Assembly (NCBI GenBank): GCA_053919585.1
Contig: CM132825.1
Source of the DNA: Euprymna scolopes
Lineage: Eukaryota
Strand: one strand, 5' to 3'
Length of the DNA: 64,000 nucleotides
Positions 22,144 to 37,112 of this stretch are shown here, in pieces. Position numbers and translations under genes: made by a program. How positions within the stretch are numbered: position 1 is the first letter of the stretch; the number at the start of each line of letters is the position of its first letter. The notes below the pieces were generated by a model that had not been told where the DNA came from, ran no database searches, and saw nothing but the letters and a program-made list of their open reading frames with translations.

Positions 22144-25100
22144 TCAAAAACATTTATTTTTAAATTTCAAAAATAAATCAATACTTGTACATGTCTCATT
22201 CAAAATAAATTTATTTTTAAATTTCAAAAATAAATCAATACTTGTACATGTCTCATTCAAAATAAATGTATTTTTAAATTTCAAAAATAAATCAATACTT
22301 GTACATGTCTCATTCAAAATAAATTTATTTTTAAATTTCAAAAATAAATCAATACTTGTACATGTCTCATTCAAAATAAATGTATTTTTAAATTTCAAAA
22401 ATAAATCAATACTTGTACATGTCTCATTCAAAAAAAATTTATTTTTAAATTTCAAAAATAAATCCATACTTGTACATGTCTCATTCAAAATAAATGTATT
22501 TTTAAATTTCAAAAATAAATCAATACTTGTACATGTCTCATTCAAAAAAAATTTATTTTTAAATTTCAAAAGTAAATCAATACTTGTACATGTCTCATTC
22601 AAAATAAATGTATTTTTAAATTTCAAAAATAAATCAATACTTGTACGTCTCATTCAAAATAAATTTATTTTTAAATTTCAAAAATAAATCAATACTTGTA
22701 CATGTCTCATTCAAAATAAATGTATTTTTAAATTTCAAAAATAAATCAATACTTGTACATGTCTCATTCAAAATAAATGTATTTTTAAATTTCAAAAATA
22801 AATCAATACTTGTACATGTCTCATTCAAAATAAATGTATTTTTAAATTTCAAAAATAAATCCATACTTGTACATGTCTCATTCAAAATAAATTTATTTTT
22901 AAATTTAAAAAGTAAATCAATACTTGTACATGTCTCATTCAAAATAAATTTATTTTTAAATTTCAAAAGTAAATCAATACTTGTACATGTCTCATTCAAA
23001 AAAATTTATTTTTAAATTTCAAAAATAAATCAATACTTGTACATGTCTCATTCAAAATAAATGTATTTTTAAATTTCAAAAATAAATCAATACTTGTACA
23101 TGTCTCATTCAAAATAAATGTATTTTTAAATTTCAAAAAATAAATCAATACTTGTACATGTCTCATTCAAAAAAATTTATTTTTAAATTTCAAAAAATAA
23201 ATCAATACTTGTACATGTCTCATTCAAAAAAATTTATTTTTAAATTTCAAAAGTAAATCAATACTTGTACATGTCTCATTCAAAAAAATTTATTTTTAAA
23301 TTTCAAAAATAAATCAATACTTGTACATGTCTCATTCAAAATAAATGTATTTTTAAATTTCAAAAGTAAATCAATACTTGTACATGTCTCATTCAAAATA
23401 AATGTATTTTTAAATTTCAAAAATAAATCAATACTTGTACATGTCTCATTCAAAATAAATGTATTTTTAAATTTCAAAAATAAATCAATACTTGTACATG
23501 TCTCATTCAAAAAAAATTTATTTTTAAATTTCAAAAATAAATCAATACTTGTACATGTCTCATTCAAAAAAAATTTATTTTAAAATTTCAAAAAGTAAAT
23601 CAATACTTGTACATGTCTCATTCAAAAAAATTTATTTTTAAATTTCAAAAGTAAATCAATACTTGTACATGTCTCATTCAAAATAAATGTATTTTTAAAT
23701 TTCAAAAGTAAATCAATACTTGTACATGTCTCATTCAAAATAAATGTATTTTTAAATTTCAAAAAGTAAATCAATACTTGTACATGTCTCATTCAAAATA
23801 AATGTATTTTTAAATTTCAAAAGTAAATCAATACTTGTACATGTCTCATTCAAAATAAATTTATTTTTAAATTTCAAAAGTAAATCAATACTTGTACATG
23901 TCTCATTCAAAAAAATTTATTTTTAAATTTCACAAATAAATCAATACTTGTACATGTCTCATTCAAAAAAAATTATTTTTAAATTTCAAAAATAAATCAA
24001 TACTTGTACATGTCTCATTCAAAATAAATTTATTTTAAAATTTCAAAAATAAATCAATACTTGTACATGTCTCATTCAAAATAAATTTATTTTTAAATTT
24101 CAAAAATAAATCAATACTTGTACATGTCTCATTCAAAAAAAATTATTTTTAAATTTCAAAAAATAAATCAATACTTGTACATGTCTCATTCAAAAAAATG
24201 TATTTTTAAATTTCAAAAATAAATCAATACTTGTACATGTCTCATTCAAAATAAATGTATTTTCAAATTTCAAAAATAAATCAATACTTGTACATGTCTC
24301 ATTCAAAATAAATGTATTTTTAAATTTCAAAAATAAATCAATACTTGTACATGTCTCATTCAAAAAAAATTATTTTTAAATTTCAAAAATAAATCAATAC
24401 TTGTACATGTCTCATTCAAAAAAAATTTATTTTTAAATTTCAAAAATAAATCAATACTTGTACATGTCTCATTCAAAATAAATTTATTTTTAAGTTTCAA
24501 AAATAAATCAATACTTGTACATGTTTCATTCAAAATAAATTTATTTTTAAATTTCAAAAATAAATCAATACTTGTACATGTCTCATTCAAAATAAATGTA
24601 TTTTTAAATTTCAAAAATAAATCAATACTTGTACATGTTTCATTCAAAATAAATTTATTTTTAAATTTCAAAAATAAATCAATACTTGTACATGTCTCAT
24701 TCAAAATAAATTTATTTTTAAATTTCAAAAATAAATCAATACTTGTACATGTCTCATTCAAAATAAATGTATTTTTAAATTTCAAAAATAAATCAATACT
24801 TGTACATGTTTCATTCAAAATAAATTTATTTTTAAATTTCAAAAATAAATCAATACTTGTACATGTCTCATTCCAAAAAATTTATTTTTAAATTTCAAAA
24901 ATAAATCAATACTTGTACATGTCTCATTCAAAAAAATTTATTTTTAAATTTCAAAAATGAATCAATACTTGTACATGTCTCATTCAAAAAAATTTATTTT
25001 TAAATTTCAAAAAATAAATCAATACTTGTACATGTCTCATTCAAAAAAATTTATTTTTAAATTTCAAAAAATAAATCAATACTTGTACATGTCTCATTCA

Positions 25101-28100
25101 AAAAAATTTATTTTTAAATTTCAAAAATAAATCAATACTTGTACATGTCTCATTATAAATGAATTTATTTTTAAATTTCAAAAATAAATCAATACTTGTA
25201 CATGTCTCATTCAAAAAAAATTATTTTTAAATTTCAAAAATAAATCAATACTTGTACATGTCTCATTCAAAATAAATTTATTTTTAAATTTCAAAAATAA
25301 ATCAATACTTGTACATGTCTAATTCAAAATAAATGTATTTTTAAATTTCAAAAATAAATCAATACTTGTACATGTCTCATTCAAAATAAATGTATTTTTA
25401 AATTTCAAAAATAAATCAATACTTGTACATGTCTCATTCAAAATAAATGTATTTTTAAATTTCAAAAATAAATCAATACTTGTACATGTCTCATTCAAAA
25501 AAAATTATTTTTAAATTTCAAAAAATAAATCAATACTTGTACATGTCTCATTCAAAATAAATTTATTTTTAAATTTCAAAAATAAATCAATACTTGTACA
25601 TGTCTCATTCAAAATAAATTTATTTTTAAATTTCACAAATAAATCAATACTTGTACATGTCTTATTCAAAAAAAATTATTTTTAAATTTCAAAAAATAAA
25701 TCAATACTTGTACATGTCTCATTCAAAAAAATTTATTTTTAAATTTCAAAAATAAATCAATACTTGTACATGTCTCATTCAAAATAAATTTATTTTTAAA
25801 TTTCAAAAATAAATCAATACTTGTACATGTCTCATTCAAAATAAATGTATTTTTAAATTTCAAAAATAAATCAATACTTGTACATGTCTCATTCAAAAAA
25901 AAATATTTTTAAATTTCAAAAATAAATCAATACTTGTACATGTCTCATTCAAAATAAATTTATTTTTAAATTTCAAAAATAAATCAATACTTGTACATGT
26001 CTCATTCAAAAAAAATTATTTTTAAATTTCAAAAATAAATCAATACTTGTACATGTCTCATTCAAAATAAATTTATTTTTAAATTTCAAAAATAAATCAA
26101 TACTTGTACATGTCTCATTCAAAATAAATTTATTTTTAAATTTCAAAAATAAATCAATACTTGTACATGTCTCATTCAAAAAAAATTATTTTTAAATTTC
26201 AAAAATAAATCAATACTTGTACATGTCTCATTCAAAATAAATTTATTTTTAAATTTCAAAAATAAATCAATACTTGTACATGTCTCATTCAAAAAAATTT
26301 ATTTTTAAATTTCAAAAATAAATCAATACTTGTACATGTCTCATTCAAAAAAAATTATTTTTAAATTTCAAAAAATAAATCAGCACTTGTGCATGTCTCA
26401 TTAAAAAAAATTTATTTTTAAATTTCAAAAATAAATCAATACTTGTACCTGTCTCATTCAAAATAAATTTATTTTTAAATTTCAAAAATAAATCAATACT
26501 TGTACATGTCTCATTCAAAAAAAATTATTTTTAAATTTCAAAAATAAATCAATACTTGTACATGTCTCATTCAAAATAAATTTATTTTTAAATTTCAAAA
26601 ATAAATCAATACTTGTACATGTCTCATTCAAAATAAATTTATTTTTAAATTTCAAAAATAAATCAATACTTGTACATGTCTCATTCAAAAAAAATTATTT
26701 TTAAATTTCAAAAATAAATCAATACTTGTACATGTCTCATTCAAAATAAATTTATTTTTAAATTTCAAAAATAAATCAATACTTGTACATGTCTCATTCA
26801 AAAAAATTTATTTTTAAATTTCAAAAATGAATCAATACTTGTACATGTCTCATTCAAAAAAATTTATTTTTAAATTTCAAAAAATAAATCAATACTTGTA
26901 CATGTCTCATTCAAAAAAATTTATTTTTAAATTTCAAAAAATAAATCAATACTTGTACATGTCTCATTCAAAAAAATTTATTTTTAAATTTCAAAAATAA
27001 ATCAATACTTGTACATGTCTCATTATAAATGAATTTATTTTTAAATTTCAAAAATAAATCAATACTTGTACATGTCTCATTCAAAAAAAATTATTTTTAA
27101 ATTTCAAAAATAAATCAATACTTGTACATGTCTCATTCAAAATAAATTTATTTTTAAATTTCAAAAATAAATCAATACTTGTACATGTCTAATTCAAAAT
27201 AAATGTATTTTTAAATTTCAAAAATAAATCAATACTTGTACATGTCTCATTCAAAATAAATGTATTTTTAAATTTCAAAAATAAATCAATACTTGTACAT
27301 GTCTCATTCAAAATAAATGTATTTTTAAATTTCAAAAATAAATCAATACTTGTACATGTCTCATTCAAAAAAAATTATTTTTAAATTTCAAAAAATAAAT
27401 CAATACTTGTACATGTCTCATTCAAAATAAATTTATTTTTAAATTTCAAAAATAAATCAATACTTGTACATGTCTCATTCAAAATAAATTTATTTTTAAA
27501 TTTCACAAATAAATCAATACTTGTACATGTCTTATTCAAAAAAAATTATTTTTAAATTTCAAAAAATAAATCAATACTTGTACATGTCTCATTCAAAAAA
27601 ATTTATTTTTAAATTTCAAAAATAAATCAATACTTGTACATGTCTCATTCAAAATAAATTTATTTTTAAATTTCAAAAATAAATCAATACTTGTACATGT
27701 CTCATTCAAAATAAATGTATTTTTAAATTTCAAAAATAAATCAATACTTGTACATGTCTCATTCAAAAAAAAATATTTTTAAATTTCAAAAATAAATCAA
27801 TACTTGTACATGTCTCATTCAAAATAAATTTATTTTTAAATTTCAAAAATAAATCAATACTTGTACATGTCTCATTCAAAAAAAATTATTTTTAAATTTC
27901 AAAAATAAATCAATACTTGTACATGTCTCATTCAAAATAAATTTATTTTTAAATTTCAAAAATAAATCAATACTTGTACATGTCTCATTCAAAATAAATT
28001 TATTTTTAAATTTCAAAAATAAATCAATACTTGTACATGTCTCATTCAAAAAAAATTATTTTTAAATTTCAAAAATAAATCAATACTTGTACATGTCTCA

Positions 28101-30031
28101 TTCAAAATAAATTTATTTTTAAATTTCAAAAATAAATCAATACTTGTACATGTCTCATTCAAAAAAATTTATTTTTAAATTTCAAAAATAAATCAATACT
28201 TGTACATGTCTCATTCAAAAAAAATTATTTTTAAATTTCAAAAAATAAATCAGCACTTGTGCATGTCTCATTAAAAAAAATTTATTTTTAAATTTCAAAA
28301 ATAAATCAATACTTGTACCTGTCTCATTCAAAATAAATTTATTTTTAAATTTCAAAAATAAATCAATACTTGTACATGTCTCATTCAAAAAAAATTATTT
28401 TTAAATTTCAAAAATAAATCAATACTTGTACATGTCTCATTCAAAATAAATTTATTTTTAAATTTCAAAAATAAATCAATACTTGTACATGTCTCATTCA
28501 AAATAAATTTATTTTTAAATTTCAAAAATAAATCAATACTTGTACATGTCTCATTCAAAAAAAATTATTTTTAAATTTCAAAAATAAATCAATACTTGTA
28601 CATGTCTCATTCAAAATAAATTTATTTTTAAATTTCAAAAATAAATCAATACTTGTACATGTCTCATTCAAAAAAATTTATTTTTAAATTTCAAAAATAA
28701 ATCAATACTTGTACATGTCTCATTCAAAAAAAATTATTTTTAAATTTCAAAAAATAAATCAGCACTTGTGCATGTCTCATTAAAAAAAATTTATTTTTAA
28801 ATTTCAAAAATAAATCAATACTTGTACCTGTCTCATTCAAAATAAATGTATTTTTAAATTTAAAAAATAAATCAATACTTGTACATGTCTCATTCAAAAT
28901 AAATGTATTTTTAAATTTCAAAAATAAATCAATACTTGTACATGTCTCATTCAAAAAAAATTATTTGTAAATTTCAAAAATAAATCAATACTTGTACATG
29001 TCTCATTCAAAATAAATTTATTTTTAAATTTCAAAAATAAATCAATACTTGTACATGTCTCATTCAAAATAAATTTATTTTTAAATTTCAAAAATAAATC
29101 AATACTTGTACATGTCTCATTCAAAATAAATTTATTTTTAAATTTCAAAAATAAATCAATACTTGTACATGTCTCATTCAAAATAAATGTATTTTTAAAT
29201 TTCAAAAATAAATCAATACTTGTACATGTCTCATTCAAAATAAATGTATTTTTAAATTTCAAAAATAAATCAATACTTGTACATGTCTCATTCAAAAAAA
29301 TTTATTTTTAAATTTCAAAAATAAATCAATACTTGTACATGTCTCATTCAAAATAAATGTATTTTTAAATTTCAAAAATAAATCAATACTTGTACATGTC
29401 TCATTCAAAAAAATTTATTTTTAAATTTCAAAAATAAATCAATACTTGTACATGTCTCATTCACAAACATTTATTTTTAAATTTCAAAAATAAATCAATA
29501 CTTGTACATGTCTCATTCAAAAAAATTTATTTTTAAATTTCAAAAATAAATCAATACTTGTACATGTCTCATTCAAAATAAATTTATTTTTAAATTTCAA
29601 AAGTAAATCAATACTTGTACATGTCTCATTCAAAAAAATTTATTTTTAAATTTCAAAAATAAATCAATACTTGTACATGTCTCATTCAAAAAAAATTTAT
29701 TTTTAAATTTCAAAAATAAATCAATACTTGTACATGTCTCATTCAAAATAAATTTATTTTTAAATTTCAAAAATAAATCAATACTTGTACATGTCTCATT
29801 CAAAATAAATTTATTTTTAAATTTCAAAAATAAATCAATACTTGTACATGTCTCATTCAAAATAAATTTATTTTTAAATTTCAAAAATAAATCAATACTT
29901 GTACATGTCTCATTCAAAAAAATTTATTGTTAAATTTCAAAAATAAATCAATACTTGTACATGTCTCATTCAAAATACATGTATTTTTAAATTTCAAAAA
30001 TAAATCAATACTTGTACATGTCTCATTCAAA
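22144..30031. repeat. 57-bp satellite array (copy 2, ~140 monomers)
   Basis: Same monomer as 1-695, with internal 1870-bp and 509-bp duplications. Confidence 0.99.
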
Positions 30032-30572
30032 ATGATGAAATAATGTTTTTCATTTTTCTACATTATTAGAACAAATTTCCAAATCTTCAGTAATAAATGT
30101 AAAGAATAAAAATAACAAAACCCCATTAACAATTGGGGGTGGAGGTGAATAGTAAGTTTTGAGTCTTTAATCCATGTTTTAATCTTGTAACCATAAATCA
30201 ATTCTTGATTATAAGGGAACGAAAATGTTCTTAGACACTTGTTCATAGTTAAAGAAATCCTGGAGAATTTGGTTTTAAAGTAGAAACAGAAAGGGCCACC
30301 TTGAGAAAGGAATGATAGCCATTTTTTATGACATTAAATTGCCAAAGAATATTGACAGAGGAATAACAATTTCTTTTGTGGCAGAGAATAAAATTAAAAC
30401 AAAATATTTCTTTTGTTATCTGATTTTGCTTGTGTTGCTCACCAGTTTGTGCAAATCATTTTGGCATAAGTTGTTCAGATTTTTATATTTTCTTAATAAT
30501 TTACATAGATATAATTTCATAATGTCCAGTGGATATCCAGGTAGAGTTTGTAAGTTGTTGCTTCCGGTGGAC
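30032..30572. repeat. Linker A, full-length (~540 bp) between the 57-mer and 38-mer arrays
   Basis: Left part is shared with 696-856; right 412 bp is re-duplicated at 33485 and 37113; last ~50 bp are decayed 38-mers. Confidence 0.95.
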
Positions 30573-33484
30573 TTCAGCAAGAGATGATAAGCTGTTGTGT
30601 CCAATCTACATTCAACAAGAGATGATAAGCTGTTGTGTCCAATCTACATTCAGCAAGAGATGATAAGCTGTTGTGTCCAATCTACATTCAACAAGAGATG
30701 ATAAGCTGTTGTGTCCAATCTACATTCAACAAGAGATGATAAGCTGTTGTGTCCAATCTACATTCAGCAAGAGATGATAAGCTGTTGTGTCCAGTCTACA
30801 TTCAACAAGAGATGATAAGCTGTTGTGTCCAATCTACATTCAGCAAGAGATGATAAGCTGTTGTGTCCAATCTACATTCAACAAGAGATGATAAGCTGTT
30901 GTGTCCAATCTACATTCAACAAGAGATGACAAGCTGTTGTGTCCAATCTACATTCAGCAAGAGATGATAAGCTGTTGTGTCCAATCTACATTCAACAAGA
31001 GATGATAAGCTGTTGTGTCCAGTCTACATTCAACAAGAGATGATAAGATGTTGTGTCCAGTCTACATTCAACAAGAGATGATGAGCTGTTGTGTCCAGTC
31101 TACATTCAACAAGAGATGATAAGCTGTTGTGTCCAGTCTACATTCAGCAAGAGATGATAAGCTGTTGTGTCCAGTCTACATTCAGCAAGAGATGATAAGC
31201 TGTTGTGTCCAGTCTACATTCAGCAAGAGATGATAAGCTGTTGTGTCCAGTCTACATTCAGCAAGAGATGATAAGCTGTTGTGTCCAGTCTACATTCAGC
31301 AAGAGATGATAAGCTGTTGTGTCCAATCTACATTCAACAAGAGATGATAAGCTGTTGTGTCCAATCTACATTCAACAAGAGATGATAAGCTGTTGTGTCC
31401 AATCAACATTCAGCAAGAGATGATAAGCTGTTGTGTCCAATCTACATTCAACAAGAGATGATAAGCTGTTGTGTCCAGTCTACATTCAGCAAGAGATGAT
31501 AAGCTGTTGTGTCCAATCTACATTCAACAAGAGATGATAAGCTGTTGTGTCCAATCTACATTCAACAAGAGATGATAAGCTGTTGTGTCCAATCTACATT
31601 CAACAAGAGATGATAAGCTGTTGTGTCCAATCTACATTCAGCAAGAGATGATAAGCTGCTGTGTCCAATCTACATTCAACAAGAGATGATAAGCTGTTGT
31701 GTCCAATCTACATTCAGCAAGAGATGAAAAGCTGTTGTGTCCAATCTACATTCAGCAAGAGATGATAAGCTGTTGTGTCCAGTCTACATTCAACAAGAGA
31801 TGATAAGCTGTTGTGTCCAGTCTACATTCAACAAGAGATGATAAGCTGTTGTGTCCAGTCTACATTCAACAAGAGATGATAAGCTGTTGTGTCCAGTCTA
31901 CATTCAGCAAGAGATGATAAGCTGTTGTGTCCAGTCTACATTCAGCAAGAGATGATAAGCGTTTGTGTCCAGTCTACATTCAGCAAGAGATGATAAGCTG
32001 TTGTGTCCAGTCTACATTCAGCAAGAGATGATAAGCTGTTGTGTCCAATCTACATTCAACAAGAGATGATAAGCTGTTGTGTCCAATCTACATTCAGCAA
32101 GAGATGATAAGCTGTTGTGTCCAATCTACATTCAACAAGAGATGATAAGCTGTTGTGTCCAATCTACATTCAACAAGAGATGATAAGCTGTTGTGTCCAA
32201 TCTACATTCAACAAGAGATGATAAGCTGTTGTGTCCAATCTACATTCAACAAGAGATGATAAGCTGTTGTGTCCAATCTACATTCAACAAGAGATGATAA
32301 GCTGTTGTGTCCAATCTACATTCAGCAAGAGATGATAAGCTGCTGTGTCCAATCTACATTCAACAAGAGATGATAAGCTGTTGTGTCCAATCTACATTCA
32401 ACAAGAGATGATAAGCTGTTGTGTCCAATCTACATTCAGCAAGAGATGAAAAGCTGTTGTGTCCAGTCTACATTCAGCAAGAGATGATAAGCTGTTGTGT
32501 CCAGTCTACATTCAACAAGAGATGATAAGCTGTTGTGTCCAGTCTACATTCAACAAGAGATGATAAGCTGTTGTGTCCAGTCTACATTCAACAAGAGATG
32601 ATAAGCTGTTGTGTCCAGTCTTCATTCAGCAAGAGATGATAAGCTGTTGTGTCCAGTGTACATTCAGCAAGAGATGATAAGCTGTTGTGTCCAGTCTACA
32701 TTCAGCAAGAGATGATAAGCTGTTGTGTCCAATCTACATTCAACAAGAGATGATAAGCTGTTGTGTCCAATCTACATTCAACAAGAGATGATAAGCTGTT
32801 GTGTCCAATCTACATTCAGCAAGAGATGATAAGCTGTTGTGTCCAATCTACATTCAACAAGAGATGATAAGCTGTTGTGTCCAGTCTACATTCAACAAGA
32901 GATGATAAGCTGTTGTGTCCAGTCTACATTCAACAAAAGATGATAAGCTGTTGTGTCCAGTCTACATTCAACAAGAGATGATAAGCTGTTGTGTCCAGTC
33001 TACATTCAGCAAGAGATGATAAGCTGTTGTGTCCAGTCTACATTCAGCAAGAGATGATAAGCTGTTGTGTCCAGTCTACATTCAGCAAGAGATGATAAGC
33101 TGTTGTGTCCAGTCTACATTCAGCAAGAGATGATAAGCTGTTGTGTCCAGTCTACATTCAGCAAGAGATGATAAGCTGTTGTGTCCAATCTACATTCAAC
33201 AAGAGATGGTAAGCTGTTGTGTCCAATCTACATTCAACAAGAGATGATAAGCTGTTGTGTCCAATCTACATTCAGCAAGAGATGATAAGCTGTTGTGTCC
33301 AATCTACATTCAACAAGAGATGATAAGCTGTTGTGTCCAGTCTACATTCAGCAAGAGATGATAAGCTGTTGTGTCCAATCTACATTCAACAAGAGATGAT
33401 AAGCTGTTGTGTCCAATCTACATTCAACAAGAGATGATAAGCTGTTGTGTCCAATCTACATTCAACAAGAAATGATAAGCTGTT

Positions 33485-33896
33485 GAGTCTTTAATCCATG
33501 TTTTAATCTTGTAACCATAAATCAATTCTTGATTATAAGGGAACGAAAATGTTCTTAGACACTTGTTCATAGTTAAAGAAATCCTGGAGAATTTGGTTTT
33601 AAAGTAGAAACAGAAAGGGCCACCTTGAGAAAGGAATGATAGCCATTTTTTATGACATTAAATTGCCAAAGAATATTGACAGAGGAATAACAATTTCTTT
33701 TGTGGCAGAGAATAAAATTACAACAAAATATTTCTTTTGTTATCTGATTTTGCTTGTGTTGCTCACCAGTTTGTGCAAATCATTTTGGCATAAGTTGTTC
33801 AGATTTTTATATTTTCTTAATAATTTAAATAGATATAATTTCATAATGTCCAGTGGATATCCAGGTAGAGTTTGTAAGTTGTTGCTTCCGGTGGAC
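33485..33896. repeat. Partial linker A copy 2 inside the 38-mer array
   Basis: Matches 30161-30572 (offset 3324) with two visible substitutions. Confidence 0.97.
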
Positions 33897-36800
33897 TTCA
33901 GCAAGAGATGATAAGCTGTTGTGTCCAATCTACATTCAACAAGAGATGATAAGCTGTTGTGTCCAATCTACATTCAGCAAGAGATGATAAGCTGTTGTGT
34001 CCAATCTACATTCAACAAGAGATGATAAGCTGTTGTGTCCAATCTACATTCAACAAGAGATGATAAGCTGTTGTGTCCAATCTACATTCAACAAGAGATG
34101 ATAAGCTGTTGTGTCCAATCTACATTCAACAAGAGATGATAAGCTGTTGTGTCCAATCTACATTCAGCAAGAGATGATAAGCTGTTGTGTCCAATCTACA
34201 TTCAACAAGAGATGATAAGCTGTTGTGTCCAGTCTACATTCAGCAAGAGATGATAAGCTGTTGTGTCCAATCTACATTCAACAAGAGATGATAAGCTGTT
34301 GTGTCCAATCTACATTCAACAAGAGATGATAAGCTGTTGTGTCCAATCTACATTCAACAAGAGATGATAAGCTGTTGTGTCCAATCTACATTCAGCAAGA
34401 GATGATAAGCTGCTGTGTCCAATCTACATTCAACAAGAGATGATAAGCTGTTGTGTCCAATCTACATTCAGCAAGAGATGAAAAGCTGTTGTGTCCAATC
34501 TACATTCAGCAAGAGATGATAAGCTGTTGTGTCCAGTCTACATTCAACAAGAGATGATAAGCTGTTGTGTCCAGTCTACATTCAACAAGAGATGATAAGC
34601 TGTTGTGTCCAGTCTACATTCAACAAGAGATGATAAGCTGTTGTGTCCAGTCTACATTCAGCAAGAGATGATAAGCTGTTGTGTCCAGTCTACATTCAGC
34701 AAGAGATGATAAGCGTTTGTGTCCAGTCTACATTCAGCAAGAGATGATAAGCTGTTGTGTCCAGTCTACATTCAGCAAGAGATGATAAGCTGTTGTGTCC
34801 AGTCTACATTCAGCAAGAGATGATAAGCTGTTGTGTCCAGTCTACATTCAGCAAGAGATGATAAGCTGTTGTGTCCAGTCTACATTCAGCAAGAGATGAT
34901 AAGCTGTTGTGTCCAGTCTACATTCAGCAAGAGATGATAAGCTGTTGTGTCCAATCTACATTCAACAAGAGATGATAAGCTGTTGTGTCCAATCTACATT
35001 CAACAAGAGATGATAAGCTGTTGTGTCCAATCTACATTCAGCAAGAGATGATAAGCTGTTGTGTCCAATCTACATTCAACAAGAGATGATAAGCTGTTGT
35101 GTCCAGTCTACATTCAGCAAGAGATGATAAGCTGTTGTGTCCAATCTACATTCAACAAGAGATGATAAGCTGTTGTGTCCAATCTACATTCAACAAGAGA
35201 TGATAAGCTGTTGTGTCCAATCTACATTCAACAAGAGATGATAAGCTGTTGTGTCCAATCTACATTCAGCAAGAGATGATAAGCTGCTGTGTCCAATCTA
35301 CATTCAACAAGAGATGATAAGCTGTTGTGTCCAATCTACATTCAGCAAGAGATGAAAAGCTGTTGTGTCCAATCTACATTCAGCAAGAGATGATAAGCTG
35401 TTGTGTCCAGTCTACATTCAACAAGAGATGATAAGCTGTTGTGTCCAGTCTACATTCAACAAGAGATGATAAGCTGTTGTGTCCAGTCTACATTCAACAA
35501 GAGATGATAAGCTGTTGTGTCCAGTCTACATTCAGCAAGAGATGATAAGCTGTTGTGTCCAGTCTACATTCAGCAAGAGATGATAAGCGTTTGTGTCCAG
35601 TCTACATTCAGCAAGAGATGATAAGCTGTTGTGTCCAGTCTACATTCAGCAAGAGATGATAAGCTGTTGTGTCCAATCTACATTCAACAAGAGATGATAA
35701 GCTGTTGTGTCCAATCTACATTCAGCAAGAGATGATAAGCTGTTGTGTCCAATCTACATTCAACAAGAGATGATAAGCTGTTGTGTCCAATCTACATTCA
35801 ACAAGAGATGATAAGCTGTTGTGTCCAATCTACATTCAACAAGAGATGATAAGCTGTTGTGTCCAATCTACATTCAACAAGAGATGATAAGCTGTTGTGT
35901 CCAATCTACATTCAACAAGAGATGATAAGCTGTTGTGTCCAATCTACATTCAGCAAGAGATGATAAGCTGCTGTGTCCAATCTACATTCAACAAGAGATG
36001 ATAAGCTGTTGTGTCCAATCTACATTCAACAAGAGATGATAAGCTGTTGTGTCCAATCTACATTCAGCAAGAGATGAAAAGCTGTTGTGTCCAGTCTACA
36101 TTCAGCAAGAGATGATAAGCTGTTGTGTCCAGTCTACATTCAACAAGAGATGATAAGCTGTTGTGTCCAGTCTACATTCAACAAGAGATGATAAGCTGTT
36201 GTGTCCAGTCTACATTCAACAAGAGATGATAAGCTGTTGTGTCCAGTCTACATTCAGCAAGAGATGATAAGCTGTTGTGTCCAGTCTACATTCAGCAAGA
36301 GATGATAAGCTGTTGTGTCCAGTCTACATTCAGCAAGAGATGATAAGCTGTTGTGTCCAATCTACATTCAACAAGAGATGATAAGCTGTTGTGTCCAATC
36401 TACATTCAACAAGAGATGATAAGCTGTTGTGTCCAATCTACATTCAGCAAGAGATGATAAGCTGTTGTGTCCAATCTACATTCAACAAGAGATGATAAGC
36501 TGTTGTGTCCAGTCTACATTCAACAAGAGATGATAAGCTGTTGTGTCCAGTCTACATTCAACAAAAGATGATAAGCTGTTGTGTCCAGTCTACATTCAAC
36601 AAGAGATGATAAGCTGTTGTGTCCAGTCTACATTCAGCAAGAGATGATAAGCTGTTGTGTCCAGTCTACATTCAGCAAGAGATGATAAGCTGTTGTGTCC
36701 AGTCTACATTCAGCAAGAGATGATAAGCTGTTGTGTCCAGTCTACATTCAGCAAGAGATGATAAGCTGTTGTGTCCAGTCTACATTCAGCAAGAGATGAT

Positions 36801-37112
36801 AAGCTGTTGTGTCCAATCTACATTCAACAAGAGATGGTAAGCTGTTGTGTCCAATCTACATTCAACAAGAGATGATAAGCTGTTGTGTCCAATCTACATT
36901 CAGCAAGAGATGATAAGCTGTTGTGTCCAATCTACATTCAACAAGAGATGATAAGCTGTTGTGTCCAGTCTACATTCATCAAGAGATGATAAGCTGTTGT
37001 GTCCAATCTACATTCAACAAGAGATGATAAGCTGTTGTGTCCAATCTACATTCAACAAGAGATGATAAGCTGTTGTGTCCAATCTACATTCAACAAGAGA
37101 TGATAAGCTGTT

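Noticed and set aside
22082-29917. Repeat-protein ORFs (ILNETCTSIDLFLKFKNTF / SFKINLFLNFKNKSILVHV)n, also at 296-526
   Set aside because: They arise because 57 is divisible by 3; frequent 56-bp monomers break the frame, so there is no coding constraint.
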